A stretch of DNA of 62,707 bases, the filler included, from Basidiobolus ranarum (Eukaryota): NCBI GenBank assembly GCA_040143965.1. It is 3 parts of 3 records of this genome, joined end to end, with 100 filler letters (N's around TTAATTAATTAA, not from the genome) between each part and the next. Parts side by side here need not be neighbours in the genome. Positions count along the whole stretch, not along the records: positions 20,965 to 41,806 come from JASJQH010000220.1; 2 more parts are not named here. One strand, given 5' to 3'. The translations under genes and the position numbers were made by a program. The notes under the pieces were generated by a model that made no database searches, was not told the origin of the DNA, and saw only the letters and a program-made list of their open reading frames with translations. Positions 26,901 to 38,061 of the stretch are shown in pieces. The stretch's first letter is position 1; each line of letters opens with the position of its first letter.

Positions 26901-28126
26901 ATCATGAATTGCTTCGGAGTCGATTCACCTATTCCGAAAATCAATGGAATATGAAAATCCTGTCTGTAGATGAAGCCAAGTTTGATGTTCATCACCAAAG
27001 GATTGAATCCCTCGATGAACTGAAGGACAATGTCCATCACCTTCAACGCTCCCTCAACATTCACTCTGGTCCCATCTTCCAGGTCTCCTTGTATGACCTA
27101 TATGATGGTCAGCAGTTATTGTTTATGACCGCACATCATTTTGTCATTGACCTGGTGTCTTGGAGAATACTCTGGGAAGACCTTGAACAACTACTCGAAG
27201 GAAAGGAATGTAGCTACAAGTCAATGAGCTTTGTGCAATGGAGTGTCATGCTTGATGACTATTCTCAAACCTTGGACATGGACATGTGGCCTTCACAACA
27301 GGTCATCGCGCCTCTTGTCAATGACCCATCGCTTTTAGAGCAGAATACGATCGATACCGCCAAATACCTCTCGTTCTCTCTACCACGTTCACAGACGGAG
27401 TTACTATTTGATCAGTCTAACTTCCCATTTCAGACTGAACCTACAGATCTGATGATTGCTTCACTCGTCATTGCATATTGTTCAGCCTTTGACGAGAGGA
27501 GTATGGCCATTGGTATTGAGGGACACGGCCGAGAACCATGGAGCGACGAAATCGATATATCAAGAACTGTCGGTTGGTTCACCGTAATTCACCCAATTAT
27601 AGTAGAAGCCTCATTCACTGAAGATCCACTGACTATTTTGAAGCGTGTCAAAGACCTGAGAAAACGTATTCCTAGAAATGGATTTATTTACGGACTTCTT
27701 CGCCACCTAAGTAGGAATACTGAGAATTCTCTGAGTCAAGACAATATCCAGATAAGTTTCAACTATGCAGGAAGGTTCCAGCAGCTAGAAAATGAAAACT
27801 CTTTCTTCCAGCCTGTAAAAGCACCGTTCAATTTTGATAAATGCAATTTGAATGGAGATTTCAAGCGGATTCATGTATTCGATATCACTGCTGCGCTACG
27901 TGAAAATTGCTTCCAAGGTGGAATCACCTATAGTTCCGCTCTACATTCCGAGGATGTCGTGTCGCGGTGGCTCCACATATGGCAAGAGACTCTCTCCACT
28001 ATGATTACCCGATGTGCTCAATTTGATGTTGTTGAGGATTCTCGGAGCGACTTGTCTCTACTTAAACTCGAACCGCACGCAAGGATAACCGAATATATCC
28101 AACCTGAAAGCATAGCTGATTGCTGA
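20965..28126 (+). CDS. Non-ribosomal peptide synthetase, 3' part: (A)-T-E-C-A-T-E; 5' end lost in gap; one intron 24596-24658
   Basis: ORFs 20999-24607 and 24710-28126 are joined by a 63-nt GT-AG intron restoring TE/YPL. A motifs YTSGSTGTPKG, YGPTE, YRTGD, RIELDEIE, NSSGKIDR; T motif LGGDSI (x2); E motifs HHFVIDLVSW, EGHGRE, RTVGWFT, FNYAG (x2); C motif HHAILD. Confidence 0.96.
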
Positions 28127-29381
28127 TAGATTTCTTCTAAGTTCAATCGCATTAATTTTCATGTAAACGTTTGTAACTTATTTACAAATAAAGTCACATC
28201 TGCTTACTAATTTTACATTGGCATAATTAAGAGCTATATCGAATATTAATTTTCTTACTTGCTAGATACCCAAATGTTCCTGGTTGACTATTTCATTAGT
28301 GATTTAATACTATTTCACACATCACATAAGCTAATACCAGCAAATGCCAAATTCTGAAATCAGTCAACAAAAAAGACAAGACGTGTATTTAAGTAATTTA
28401 TTTACATTGATACCAACAAACCATGTAGCTGAGCAAAACTTTGAAAATCTAGAAAGTGGAAGAGTTAATATGGAGAACAATACGATGTGGTTGCGTGCGT
28501 ATATGTGAGCTCAGATTTTTGGCTGTTGCTTATATTCTCGCCATGGATAAGATAGTCCGACTGGGGCGGCAAAGCAATCATCATTGTATGCTGCAATATA
28601 TAATCGAAATATGAAGATGAAGACATACCATGTTGTTCAGTGCGGTATAGTGCAAGTCCACAATCTGGGCGATATATATAGTATTTTCATAGAAAATCAA
28701 CATCAGGCCCCCCTAGTATATGTTTCTTCGCTGAAGATTTGTTGCTAGTGAGTGACTGTCTATTGGATATAGATAGAAATCCCATAATATTGGAATATGT
28801 TTTATTTCTAATAAATAAGCCATTTCCAAATTACAAAAAACTATCTACATTTGTACATAAAGTACACGACCTTTGCGATTACCTATGAAAGTTGTGTGAT
28901 TCCCGTACAGAAGATTAACTGGAGCCTTTTAGAGCAGATTGAGCGCAATACACGCCCATTTTGTGTTCAGAGGGCTCTTACATTTTAAACACTGTTTAAA
29001 GCGAAATATCCAAATTTTTACCGAACTTGAAAAGCTTCGTAATTGGAATTGAAAGAGGTTGACATTTACAATAGCGTCTGTTATTGTGCTATTTTAAAAG
29101 ATACTAGTAATTTCATTTTGACAACAAACTGCCTGTTTTGAATTGATATATTGAGATGTCAAAGTCATAGATTGAGTTGAAGTAGTAAAGTAGGCAAATC
29201 TGTTAATCATCTTCAAAACCCACTCTCAAGGTGTGTTCCAGCTCAAATGTTAAACTATGGTAATAGAACAAACAGTATCAAAATATCTATAATTAGCGAG
29301 ATAATGATGCAAACGAAGTTTATTGTATTTGTTTGGAGACAACACGATTGAATGTTTAGATGGCAAAGAATCAGGTTTACT

Positions 29382-30326
29382 TTAGTTACTGGATTTTACT
29401 CTGCCAACATAATCAGGGTTTTTCATATCATGTGGGCTGACCTTTCTAAATTCTGCGATGTATTGCTCCAAAGATTTGGGCTTTACGTTGGGATACTTTG
29501 AATTTTGAAGATTATGCAATTTACCTACTCCAGATACAAGTGGAAGCATATATTGCTCAGAGAGGTGAGCATTGGGATCTTGGCTCAACTTTTTCTCAAG
29601 CATGGTCTTTAACTCTTCAACAGAACCTAGCATGTCACGCTTCAATTCAACTCCAAGAGCCTTCTCCAAACGCTCTGCCAGCTCATTTAAGGAGACTTCC
29701 TCACCGTGGCATTCAAATCGTTCGCCTACATTGGGATCTAACAGTGCTTCAGCAGTAAATCTACCAGTATCTTCCAATGTAGTTATATCAAACTTTGTAT
29801 TTCCATCGCCCCATATGCGAATAGTATTAGTTTTGAAATCCAAAATTTCGAGATTATCGAATACCGCTTCGACAAAGCCACCATTTAGAATATGAGTGAT
29901 CTTGATGTCACCTTTATTAGCTGATAGATATTCCGCAAACTCACATCTTAGAGCAAGTCCCAAAGGTGCCAAATTTCCACTCAGCTGAAATAAATCAAGG
30001 GCAAAGGTTGAAGGGAAGAAATGCTTGACACTTCCGCTCTCTTTGATGGCCTCTAGTAAATTCTTTTGTCCATCAATAACCACATCTCTTCCACCTTGCA
30101 CTACAGATATCACCGCTTTTTGTTCTTTTAAGGCTCGACGAAGCGAGTCAGGTTGAGTTAAGTCACCAATAAATGCCTGCACCTTATTTTCCCACTCCTT
30201 TGGAAGTTTTTGGATGTCACGCACTAGCACAGAAACCTTCACTTGGTCACCCTTGTTAAGTAAAGCCTTGACAATATTCTTTCCTAGAGCACCTGTGGCT
30301 CCAACTACGAGTACTGGAAGGGACAT
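29382..30326 (-). CDS. NmrA-like / isoflavone-reductase-like atypical SDR, intronless
   Basis: 314-aa ORF, VLVVGATGALG Rossmann motif, WGDGN..FD.TT.ED.GRF.A typical of the NmrA family. Confidence 0.88.
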   Translation of the reverse strand: MSLPVLVVGATGALGKNIVKALLNKGDQVKVSVLVRDIQKLPKEWENKVQAFIGDLTQPDSLRRALKEQKAVISVVQGGRDVVIDGQKNLLEAIKESGSVKHFFPSTFALDLFQLSGNLAPLGLALRCEFAEYLSANKGDIKITHILNGGFVEAVFDNLEILDFKTNTIRIWGDGNTKFDITTLEDTGRFTAEALLDPNVGERFECHGEEVSLNELAERLEKALGVELKRDMLGSVEELKTMLEKKLSQDPNAHLSEQYMLPLVSGVGKLHNLQNSKYPNVKPKSLEQYIAEFRKVSPHDMKNPDYVGRVKSSN

Positions 30327-31756
30327 ATTAAATGAAGAGAAGATTCAGAGTAATTGATGATATGGATGTTGATATGTTAATGAAACGAAGCTTTCTACTT
30401 ATAGTTTTGCTAATAAGCGACCATACGTAACAAAATGGTAGAGACAAGAGACCTCGGCAAGTAAGAGCTAACATTCGGGCCGAATGGCGGTTATACAATC
30501 AAGATATTATAAGGTTTGACTACATATCTAATGAATCGTGGTTGTATTTCTTATACAGTAAGTTGAATATTACCATTTTTGATTTTCTTAGTAATGTCAA
30601 GAAATACCTGCTAAGGTTGCCACCAAAGTAACTAGCCCACGTAGTAATATATTTAGGCTAGTCTGTATTGAAGAAATGTGGCCATATCTATATAAGCGAA
30701 TATAAGGTACACAAAGCAAATAATTTGTCAGCCAAACATATAGAAAATCTCTTATTATGGTATCATCTGATGATCGTGTTGGCGGGTTATGGACTCCGTG
30801 ATGTCATGGATATTAGTCACTCAGAGTTCGTATCCAACTACATGTACCTAACTAGCGGTATCGCAATCAAGTACACATTCCCCTTGTTACTAGCACTTCG
30901 TGTGACATCTTAAATAGTACCTGACACAACAATCAAAGCAATTTCCAACAGTAGATGGTAATGGCGATGCTGAATAATCAATATATAAGACTACTGACTC
31001 ATATTCAGCCGCGAAACTTATTATTTTCTTATATTACCTGAATGTGAAGATATCTGGTGTGTAACAAAGGCTTATGTTTCTTCAATCATTTAGGAGCAAT
31101 TATTTTCACTTCTAGGATCATTGTTTTGCATACAGCGTTGGAATTTCTTTGATTATTAATTAGTCAGCTGGAAGCATTCTGGGAACTCAATCATTGAATA
31201 AATGTGAAATAATTCCCATAATTTGCCGGTAGTTAGCAGAAGTGATACTGCTAGAGTATCTTCTAAACTTGGATAGTCTGCTCCATATTTTAATACCATG
31301 GATCTTATATAGCTGAGATAACACCATATATAAGCTATTGAGGGACTAGGATATCTATGTATCAAAATAGGTGTCAGAGGGGGAAATGATTATAGGCTTG
31401 CTTTAGCGTTAAAGCATTCAATTCTAAAATTTGTAATTGATCATTATATGCATCAACAGGGAAAGGGAATTCAATGTAAGTGTATGAGATGAATGTCATC
31501 ATGGATTTAAGCTAATACTATGCCTTCAGTAAAGAATTAACAGTGAATGCAATGATTTTCACCTCAATCACTTTAACCTTTATTAGCAACTCTACACTGC
31601 TTTAAGTCCCTTCCTCCCTCTCTTGTATGATCTCTATGGTAGGATCTATAGACATTTATATTGAATTTGGGTACTTTGATTTTACTTAGAGGTCGATAGA
31701 TAGAAAGAGCAAGTATTGCTGAAGTCATAATCAATTATCTACAATTACCCAGTCAT

Positions 31757-31796
31757 ATAAGAATATAATGAATACATGTGTTCATTATATTCTTAT
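31757..31796. repeat. Near-perfect 40-bp palindrome
   Basis: ATAAGAATATAATGAA-tACATGTg-TTCATTATATTCTTAT: 16-bp perfect arms around a palindromic core with one mismatch. Confidence 0.9.
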
Positions 31797-32538
31797 CATA
31801 GATCGCTAAATTGAATAATAACAATGAAGTTGCAGCAATGATTGCATTCTCTTGAATACACTGAGAGTATTACGAATCAAACTTTAATTAATTTTCTGAA
31901 CTCACACTGAAAGCATTACACCATTTAACAGCTACTATATATATATCTGAGTCTGAAGAACTAAAGCAAAAATGATTGCCTGTCGGATAATCAATCAGTT
32001 TTTGTATCCAATCTAATTCAGTTCAGTGTTATATACAAACACTGAGTTCTTTGTCATGAAACTTGTAAAAAATAAAGTTGACAATAAAACTCGTTTCAAT
32101 GTTACGCAAAATCCTCATTACATCGCATAACCATTATAGCGGCTAAATAGTATGCCTAGTACTACCCAACTACAAGCTTTGATCATGGTACCTATGTACA
32201 AACTCGAACCATGTCTGCGATATGTTCGAAGGAAAACGCCAAGAAGTTCTTTTGTGCATTAATAACGCTATATTTGATTTTGTAATAGAATGAAATAATC
32301 CCCAAAAGGGGACGACAAAAAATTGATACTATCTCCTTTGAATGCTCCCCCTCCACGGAAATCTTTAGTAAAAGGCGAAAGATTTATCCGACTAAATGAA
32401 GAGGAAACAGGAGCGATGATATCGGTAGTATCGATTGGTCCAGTGTTTATAGCTTTTACTCCTTTATGGGTTTCGTTTGATTTATAGCATGATAAATCAT
32501 TCTTCCACATAAATGTCCGAATAATATCCAAAATAAAA

Positions 32539-32611
32539 CGAGGCGCATGGGACTCGAACCCACAATCCCCAGATCCGAAGTCTGATGCCTTATCCATTAG
32601 GCCAACGCCCC
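32539..32611 (-). tRNA. tRNA-Arg (anticodon UCG), intronless
   Basis: GGGGCGT/GCGCCTC acceptor stem, A box TGGCCTAATGG, anticodon arm TCAGA-CTTCGGA-TCTGG, B box GGTTCGAGTCC, followed by a TTTT Pol III terminator. Confidence 0.96.
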
Positions 32612-32827
32612 ATATTCATAAATAAGTTATGTTATATTGAAATAGTGTATTTACTAATGCGACTTTTATGTAACCACCGGAATATGTAACGTTTGACTTG
32701 ACAAAATCAATACTAGAATAAACATGATTTCAAATGTATATATTTTTATGTTGATTTTCAAGTTCAAAGAGAAATACAATAAAGTAGGAAACGATGCAAT
32801 AAAAATAAACTTGGTCACTCTCGGTCA

Positions 32828-34119
32828 TTACCAACCACCCATTCTTCCTTTTTCTGATTCTAGTCGATTGTATAGAAGATAGAGTGCCATTTGATTGGAT
32901 TCCGGTGTGCCTGTAATGGTGACCAACCTTTCATTGGTATTTCCTTGAGCTTCAGCAATTTTAATATGAGAACCGGACATGTGACGAATCTCATTGATTT
33001 TGCTACCGCCTTTTCCAATGATACAACCAACCATATCATTAGGAATGAAGATTTGCTGCGATTGAGATCCTGGACCGGAATGTCCATGCGGACCACCAGG
33101 CATATCTCTATTCATTGGAGGCATAGGTGGGTAGCCGCCATGTTGTGGGCCTGGATGGCCATAGAATGGAGGAGGGGGAGTCATACCTGGCATTGGTCCA
33201 TACATAAATGGGAAGCGAGGTTGTGGACGATAGGGAATATGATTAGGGAGAGGGCGATCCATATACTCTTGAAGGATTTGTGCAATGTGGTATACAGCTA
33301 TATGAATAGCATCGGGAACACCAATCACAGTAATGGTGCGTTCTGTAGAGTTTGGAAGCATTTCTTCAGACGCATTCAATTTGGCTCCGGAGGCCTCTTG
33401 AATTTCTTTGATCTTGGAACCACCTTTTCCAATCACAGAACCCATACGAGTATGAGGAACCAATAGACGAATAGTCGCACCATGAGGGCTAGAGGATTGA
33501 GAGGAATCATTGGAATCATCAATCAGTTTTTCGGCAACCAGTGAGTAAGCCTGTAAATACAATGCCATACAAAAATTAGAATGATCAACGAATACTTGGA
33601 AGGACCTCTATTCTCAGACAGTGACTAATTATAATCACTGAAATCTCTTAATACCTTAGCAATAGTATCAATGGGACCAGATACGGTGAGGACTCTGTCA
33701 GGTACTCCGGACACTTGTTCTGAAATATTGATCCGAGAACAAGCACGCTCTCTGATATCTTTAACAGAGGCACCTCCTTTACCAATAATGATACCTGCTT
33801 CTTTCACGAGAACAATAGAGCGTACTGACATAGAAGGGGGTGTACTAGGATTTCTTTCTTTTCCATTATCTTCAGTGTTATCTTCACTACGATCACTTCT
33901 TCTATCAGGAGAGTGACCACGCTCCTGCGAACGATCTCTTCGGGATCTCTTTTCAATCGGAGACCGTTCCCTTCTGTTTTCTTTTCTGGGACGATCCTCC
34001 TCCTCCGTACTAACAGCCGCTCTTTTACTGCTGGAATGATGACCACCAGAGTCGGAGTTGGAATCATCATCGGACAGATGACGTTTACGATCTGGGGAGG
34101 GTTCGTGATCACTAGGCAT
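32828..34119 (-). CDS. Triple-KH RNA-binding protein (Pbp2/Rnc1/hnRNP K-PCBP-like); intron 33551-33654
   Basis: Three GxxIGKGG KH motifs; RS/RD-rich N-terminus; Pro/Gly-rich linker. Confidence 0.93.
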
Positions 34120-35230
34120 ATTTACTAATGGATTGGTTCGTGGTAGACGATGGGTAAGGAAGAGTAGACTGATCCTAAAGTAAACATAGGTAGGTCAAGA
34201 ATTGTGAACAAAAGGGGACACATAAACAGAGAAAGGTATATTTCGGGTAGGAAAGGGAAGGACTGTACCAATAAAGAGGCAGGTGATATTTTGGGAAGGA
34301 GAGAGGTTGTAGATGGTTGTTTTGAAGTGTTTGTAGATGAAACGGGTCGAAGAGATATAAGACAACGACCAGAAGTGAGAAGTGTCTAGAAATAGTAGGA
34401 AAATGATTCAGTTAGCTTGTTTAAAAAATGGGAATAACTTTAAGACGTGGTCGAACCAAGTAGAGCCACTTCAGTAGTAAACACAGGTAAAAATTGGCTG
34501 ACAAGCAATGGTCAAGTATCTTTATAACCAAGTGAGCTTCCCCTATAATATCCAACTTGAGATTGGTTCATTTCGCCCCGTGTCCCATTTTTTTTCATTA
34601 ATCGGGTTTTTTTGCACCAATCATAAGACGTATTAATGCTCGTCTTTTGCTTGCTCCATCCATCCATGAATGCATTATATTCGAGAGTGAATATTACCGT
34701 AGCATCATGATAGCCAAGATTGAGTTGCAACGCAGTCCAATTTGTCCAAATTAAACTACTACCTCACCATCACCATCACTATGACCATAACCATAATCAT
34801 AACCCTAATGGACCAAACCCTAGCCGCGCAAAGAACTCTAGATTAAGAGTCAAACCAATCTACTGAAGTTCACCAAGTCAATTTAGCTTAGCCGTTAAGC
34901 GACAAATCACGAATAGCTTGAGTGTGTATCACGAGGTTACAGCTAGTTTCATAGGATAAAGCAAATCAGATTATGGGGAGAAGGGGAAGAAAAGTGGTAA
35001 TCGAACTAATAATCGTACTAATAATCCCAGTTTTATATATAGATTTTCCAGAAACGAAAGTGCATTTCACTTAATCCCGACAGTCCCCAACAGGACACCC
35101 TAGATTTTTGGAATATAAAAGTTACACCTCTGTCTCTGCACTTGATCTAATTATCTCTGCACCTCTTTCATTTCTTCGTTTCCTTTGACCTCTACCCATT
35201 TGGTTATCTCCTCTCTCTACTCACTCAAAC

Positions 35231-35458
35231 ATGGCAAAAATTCAAGGAAAGAGAATAGCCAAATGTACCGCCAATGGTTGCTCCAATCGCGCCGTTCGAA
35301 TTGTTGGTGATTGTCGTTATTGCCAGCACAAGTTTTGCGGACAGCATCGACTTCCCGAGACACACGCCTGCCCTAATCTTACCACATGTAAGCAGAACTC
35401 ATTCAAAACGTATGCTGATCGTCTACTCAGCGAAAAATGCGTTGCCAGTAAGGTGTGA
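35231..35458 (+). CDS. Small AN1-type zinc finger protein, copy 1 (75 aa)
   Basis: C-x4-C..C-x2-C-x4-C-x2-H-x5-H-x-C; tail [19 protein letters not shown]-like TATAAAAG near 35114. Confidence 0.92.
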   Translation: MAKIQGKRIAKCTANGCSNRAVRIVGDCRYCQHKFCGQHRLPETHACPNLTTCKQNSFKTYADRLLSEKCVASKV

Positions 35459-36746
35459 AGGTATCCAATAATTCTCAGTCACCTCATCTCAGCCTTGGCT
35501 TCCCCTTCTCTCCTTGGGTGGAGATTCCAGTCACTAATTTAAAGGCGTAAAGAAGCGATATATTGCTGTCTTGAATAGAACCCTAGCATTAGATTCAGTA
35601 CTCACTTGCGAAACTCTGTACTATATATAATACTGTATATTAATACTATTATTAAAGGATTGAATAGACCTAATTCATTCATTCATTCATTATAAGAATA
35701 AATTGATTTTAGATGCACTGAATATGTATTACGTTTACATGCCATATGATAACGAACCCTAACCCTAAATTGATTATTAATTGGGTGGCACTATCATGAT
35801 CATTCTTACTTGGAATATAACAGTCCATATATCGGTCGATTGATGCCGCAGTTAAGCCTTACATGCACCTCTATCCAATTCCGACCAAGTTACTCATATC
35901 TGGTGCCATTGGTGATTTAAGGCAAGGAAGAGTGATTTAGGGTAAAAACGGAAACAACGAGAAACCTCTGTTGATCTTTGAATTCAATTAGGCTTTGATT
36001 TATCCCACTCTGAACGGGAAAATCCGAACCTTTTCTCCACCAGAAGGATTTATATCTCGAGATGAACAAGCTAGTACCACCCACATATATGCACACGCAC
36101 CTATGTTCCACAATTTACACTAAAATCAAAATATGCTCACGAGGTCAGCAAACCCAGTCGAGAATTTCATAACAGGTTTTACTAGTGACCCTAACCCTAG
36201 TACCTACTCACAAAATGGTTCCAGACCTAAAACCAGATTCCGGGGGAGCGGTTTTATTGGTAACTTGGAACTGCCCCTCATTTGAAGTAGTTATATGGAT
36301 ATTCTGGACTCAGTAATACTATACAGGTTCGAAAACGGCCCAGGATGGACTTAGACCAATCATCCACTGATTTCGGCCAATCATCACTCCTAACATGGAT
36401 TTCAAAGGTTCGTTGATTACACAATAGCTTATTTATAAATCGAATGTAAGCAGTATTCCATTGGTCGATCCTCATGAGACCTCGCGAAATGACTTATTCG
36501 CCACGGCGGATATGGACTTACATTGGTTCCATTGCTTCCCCCGAAACAGCATCTTTGGCACCATCAGTTACTGAACTACTTACTGTTTGAAGATGAGTAT
36601 ATCCTTGTATGGCTAATTCACTCTCCAAAGCCACACATTGTTTGTCAAATGACCCGCCACATGATGATTCCTCAGTTTCGTATAAAATGATTGATTGCTG
36701 CCCATTCGATTCAACATTTAATATACTCGCCAAGAACTCAACCGAA

Positions 36747-36965
36747 ATGATGATGAAGAAAGCCGCCAAATGCTTTGTACCCAGCTGCAACGACCGTGCT
36801 GTACGTATTGTCGGAGAATGTAGATACTGCGAACACAAGTTCTGCGGCAAGCATAGACTACCCGAGGCTCACGTCTGTCCAAACCTTACTACATGCAAGC
36901 AAAATTCATTTGAGCGTTACGCGGATCGCCTCTTGAGTGAGAAGTGTGTTGCCAGCAAAGTTTGA
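36747..36965 (+). CDS. Small AN1-type zinc finger protein, copy 2 (about 72 aa)
   Basis: Same motif and tail; start placed at MMMKK downstream of TATAAAA (36681), not at the longest-ORF start 36609. Confidence 0.9.
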   Translation: MMMKKAAKCFVPSCNDRAVRIVGECRYCEHKFCGKHRLPEAHVCPNLTTCKQNSFERYADRLLSEKCVASKV

Positions 36966-37842
36966 TCACTTTCTTAGTTGACTGCTCTTCTAACGCTGGT
37001 ATGTTTACCAGTCACCTTGAGACAGCCCATCCGGTCCGGACCATGAGTCTCCGTCATCTTTGTAACACCACTTTCCAGTTAATCTCCACGGACCAATGGA
37101 GCCTCGTCACCAAATTCTCGATATAGACTGTACCTTGAATTATATTAATATTGATTAATTAATTCTATACGTTATATTCGATTTTAATGTAATATGTATT
37201 TGTAAACAATCTACAAACCAAGCTACCTAAATAAATAGCCACTTGCATATATTTTTTAACAAATTACGTCCACTGCTTTGATTGCTGTCAGCTATTCCTG
37301 AAAATAATCATCTGAGTTGCGTAGTAAATCAAGCTTGTACTTATTATACCTGATAGTCGCCAAATACAATGCAGTGTTCATAACAAAGTTATAGAGAAGA
37401 CGGTTTTGCCAATGTGTTGGGGATGCAATAGCGACATTCTCCGATCAGTCATGATTATTTAGAATTCCTTAGCAGGGTTTTCACTTGACGTTGCAAAAAG
37501 GAAATCTCTAGAAGATTGTGGATGATGGTGGATGAATGATAAATTGACCGGTTTTCCGTTTTCCATTTCACCTTAGATTTGGAATCCAAGAAGTTTCTTT
37601 CTTGGCTAAATTTAAAAGCGCTTTGATTGGACTTTGACTAAGTTATACCAGATCAAGATCACATGGGTTTAAAGGTTGACTAATTACAAAGATTTATTAC
37701 ATATTAAAGGATGATTGGATAAGTTAGTGCGATGAAAGATACTAATACAATACAACTCAGAGATGAGTAGATATATGATGCTTTTGAAGCGTAACTGACA
37801 TGACTTTCTACACTAGCTGCATTTACAGGCGAATTGAGAAGT

Positions 37843-38061
37843 TTAAACCTTGCTAGCGACACATTTTTCGCTGAGTAAACGATCGGCATAGATTTTGAAG
37901 GAATTTTGTTTACACGTAATAAGGTTTGGACAGGCATGAGTTTCTGGGATACGATGTTGTCCACAAAATTTGTGTTCGCAGTAGCGGCATTCACCAACGA
38001 TACGAATAGCACGGTTAGAGCAGCTGTTCATGGTACATCTAGTGGCAGGCTTTCCGGACAT
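37843..38061 (-). CDS. Small AN1-type zinc finger protein, copy 3 (72 aa, inverted)
   Basis: [45 protein letters not shown]. Confidence 0.92.
   Translation of the reverse strand: MSGKPATRCTMNSCSNRAIRIVGECRYCEHKFCGQHRIPETHACPNLITCKQNSFKIYADRLLSEKCVASKV

Noticed and set aside
20999-28126. Two separate NRPS genes, as the ORF track suggests
   Set aside because: A canonical 63-nt intron (24596-24658) joins them in frame within the C domain.
32268-32597. 109-aa minus-strand ORF
   Set aside because: Starts inside the tRNA-Arg gene; no domain features.
32891-33466. 191-aa plus-strand ORF and similar antisense or alternate-frame ORFs over NRPS, ALT1, PPR, CCT6 and RPL13
   Set aside because: Shadow ORFs of well-supported genes.
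35447-35458. C-terminal SKV of the AN1 proteins as a peroxisomal PTS1
   Set aside because: It corresponds to the usual AN1-family V-x-x-K-hydrophobic tail, and SKV is a weak PTS1 at best.
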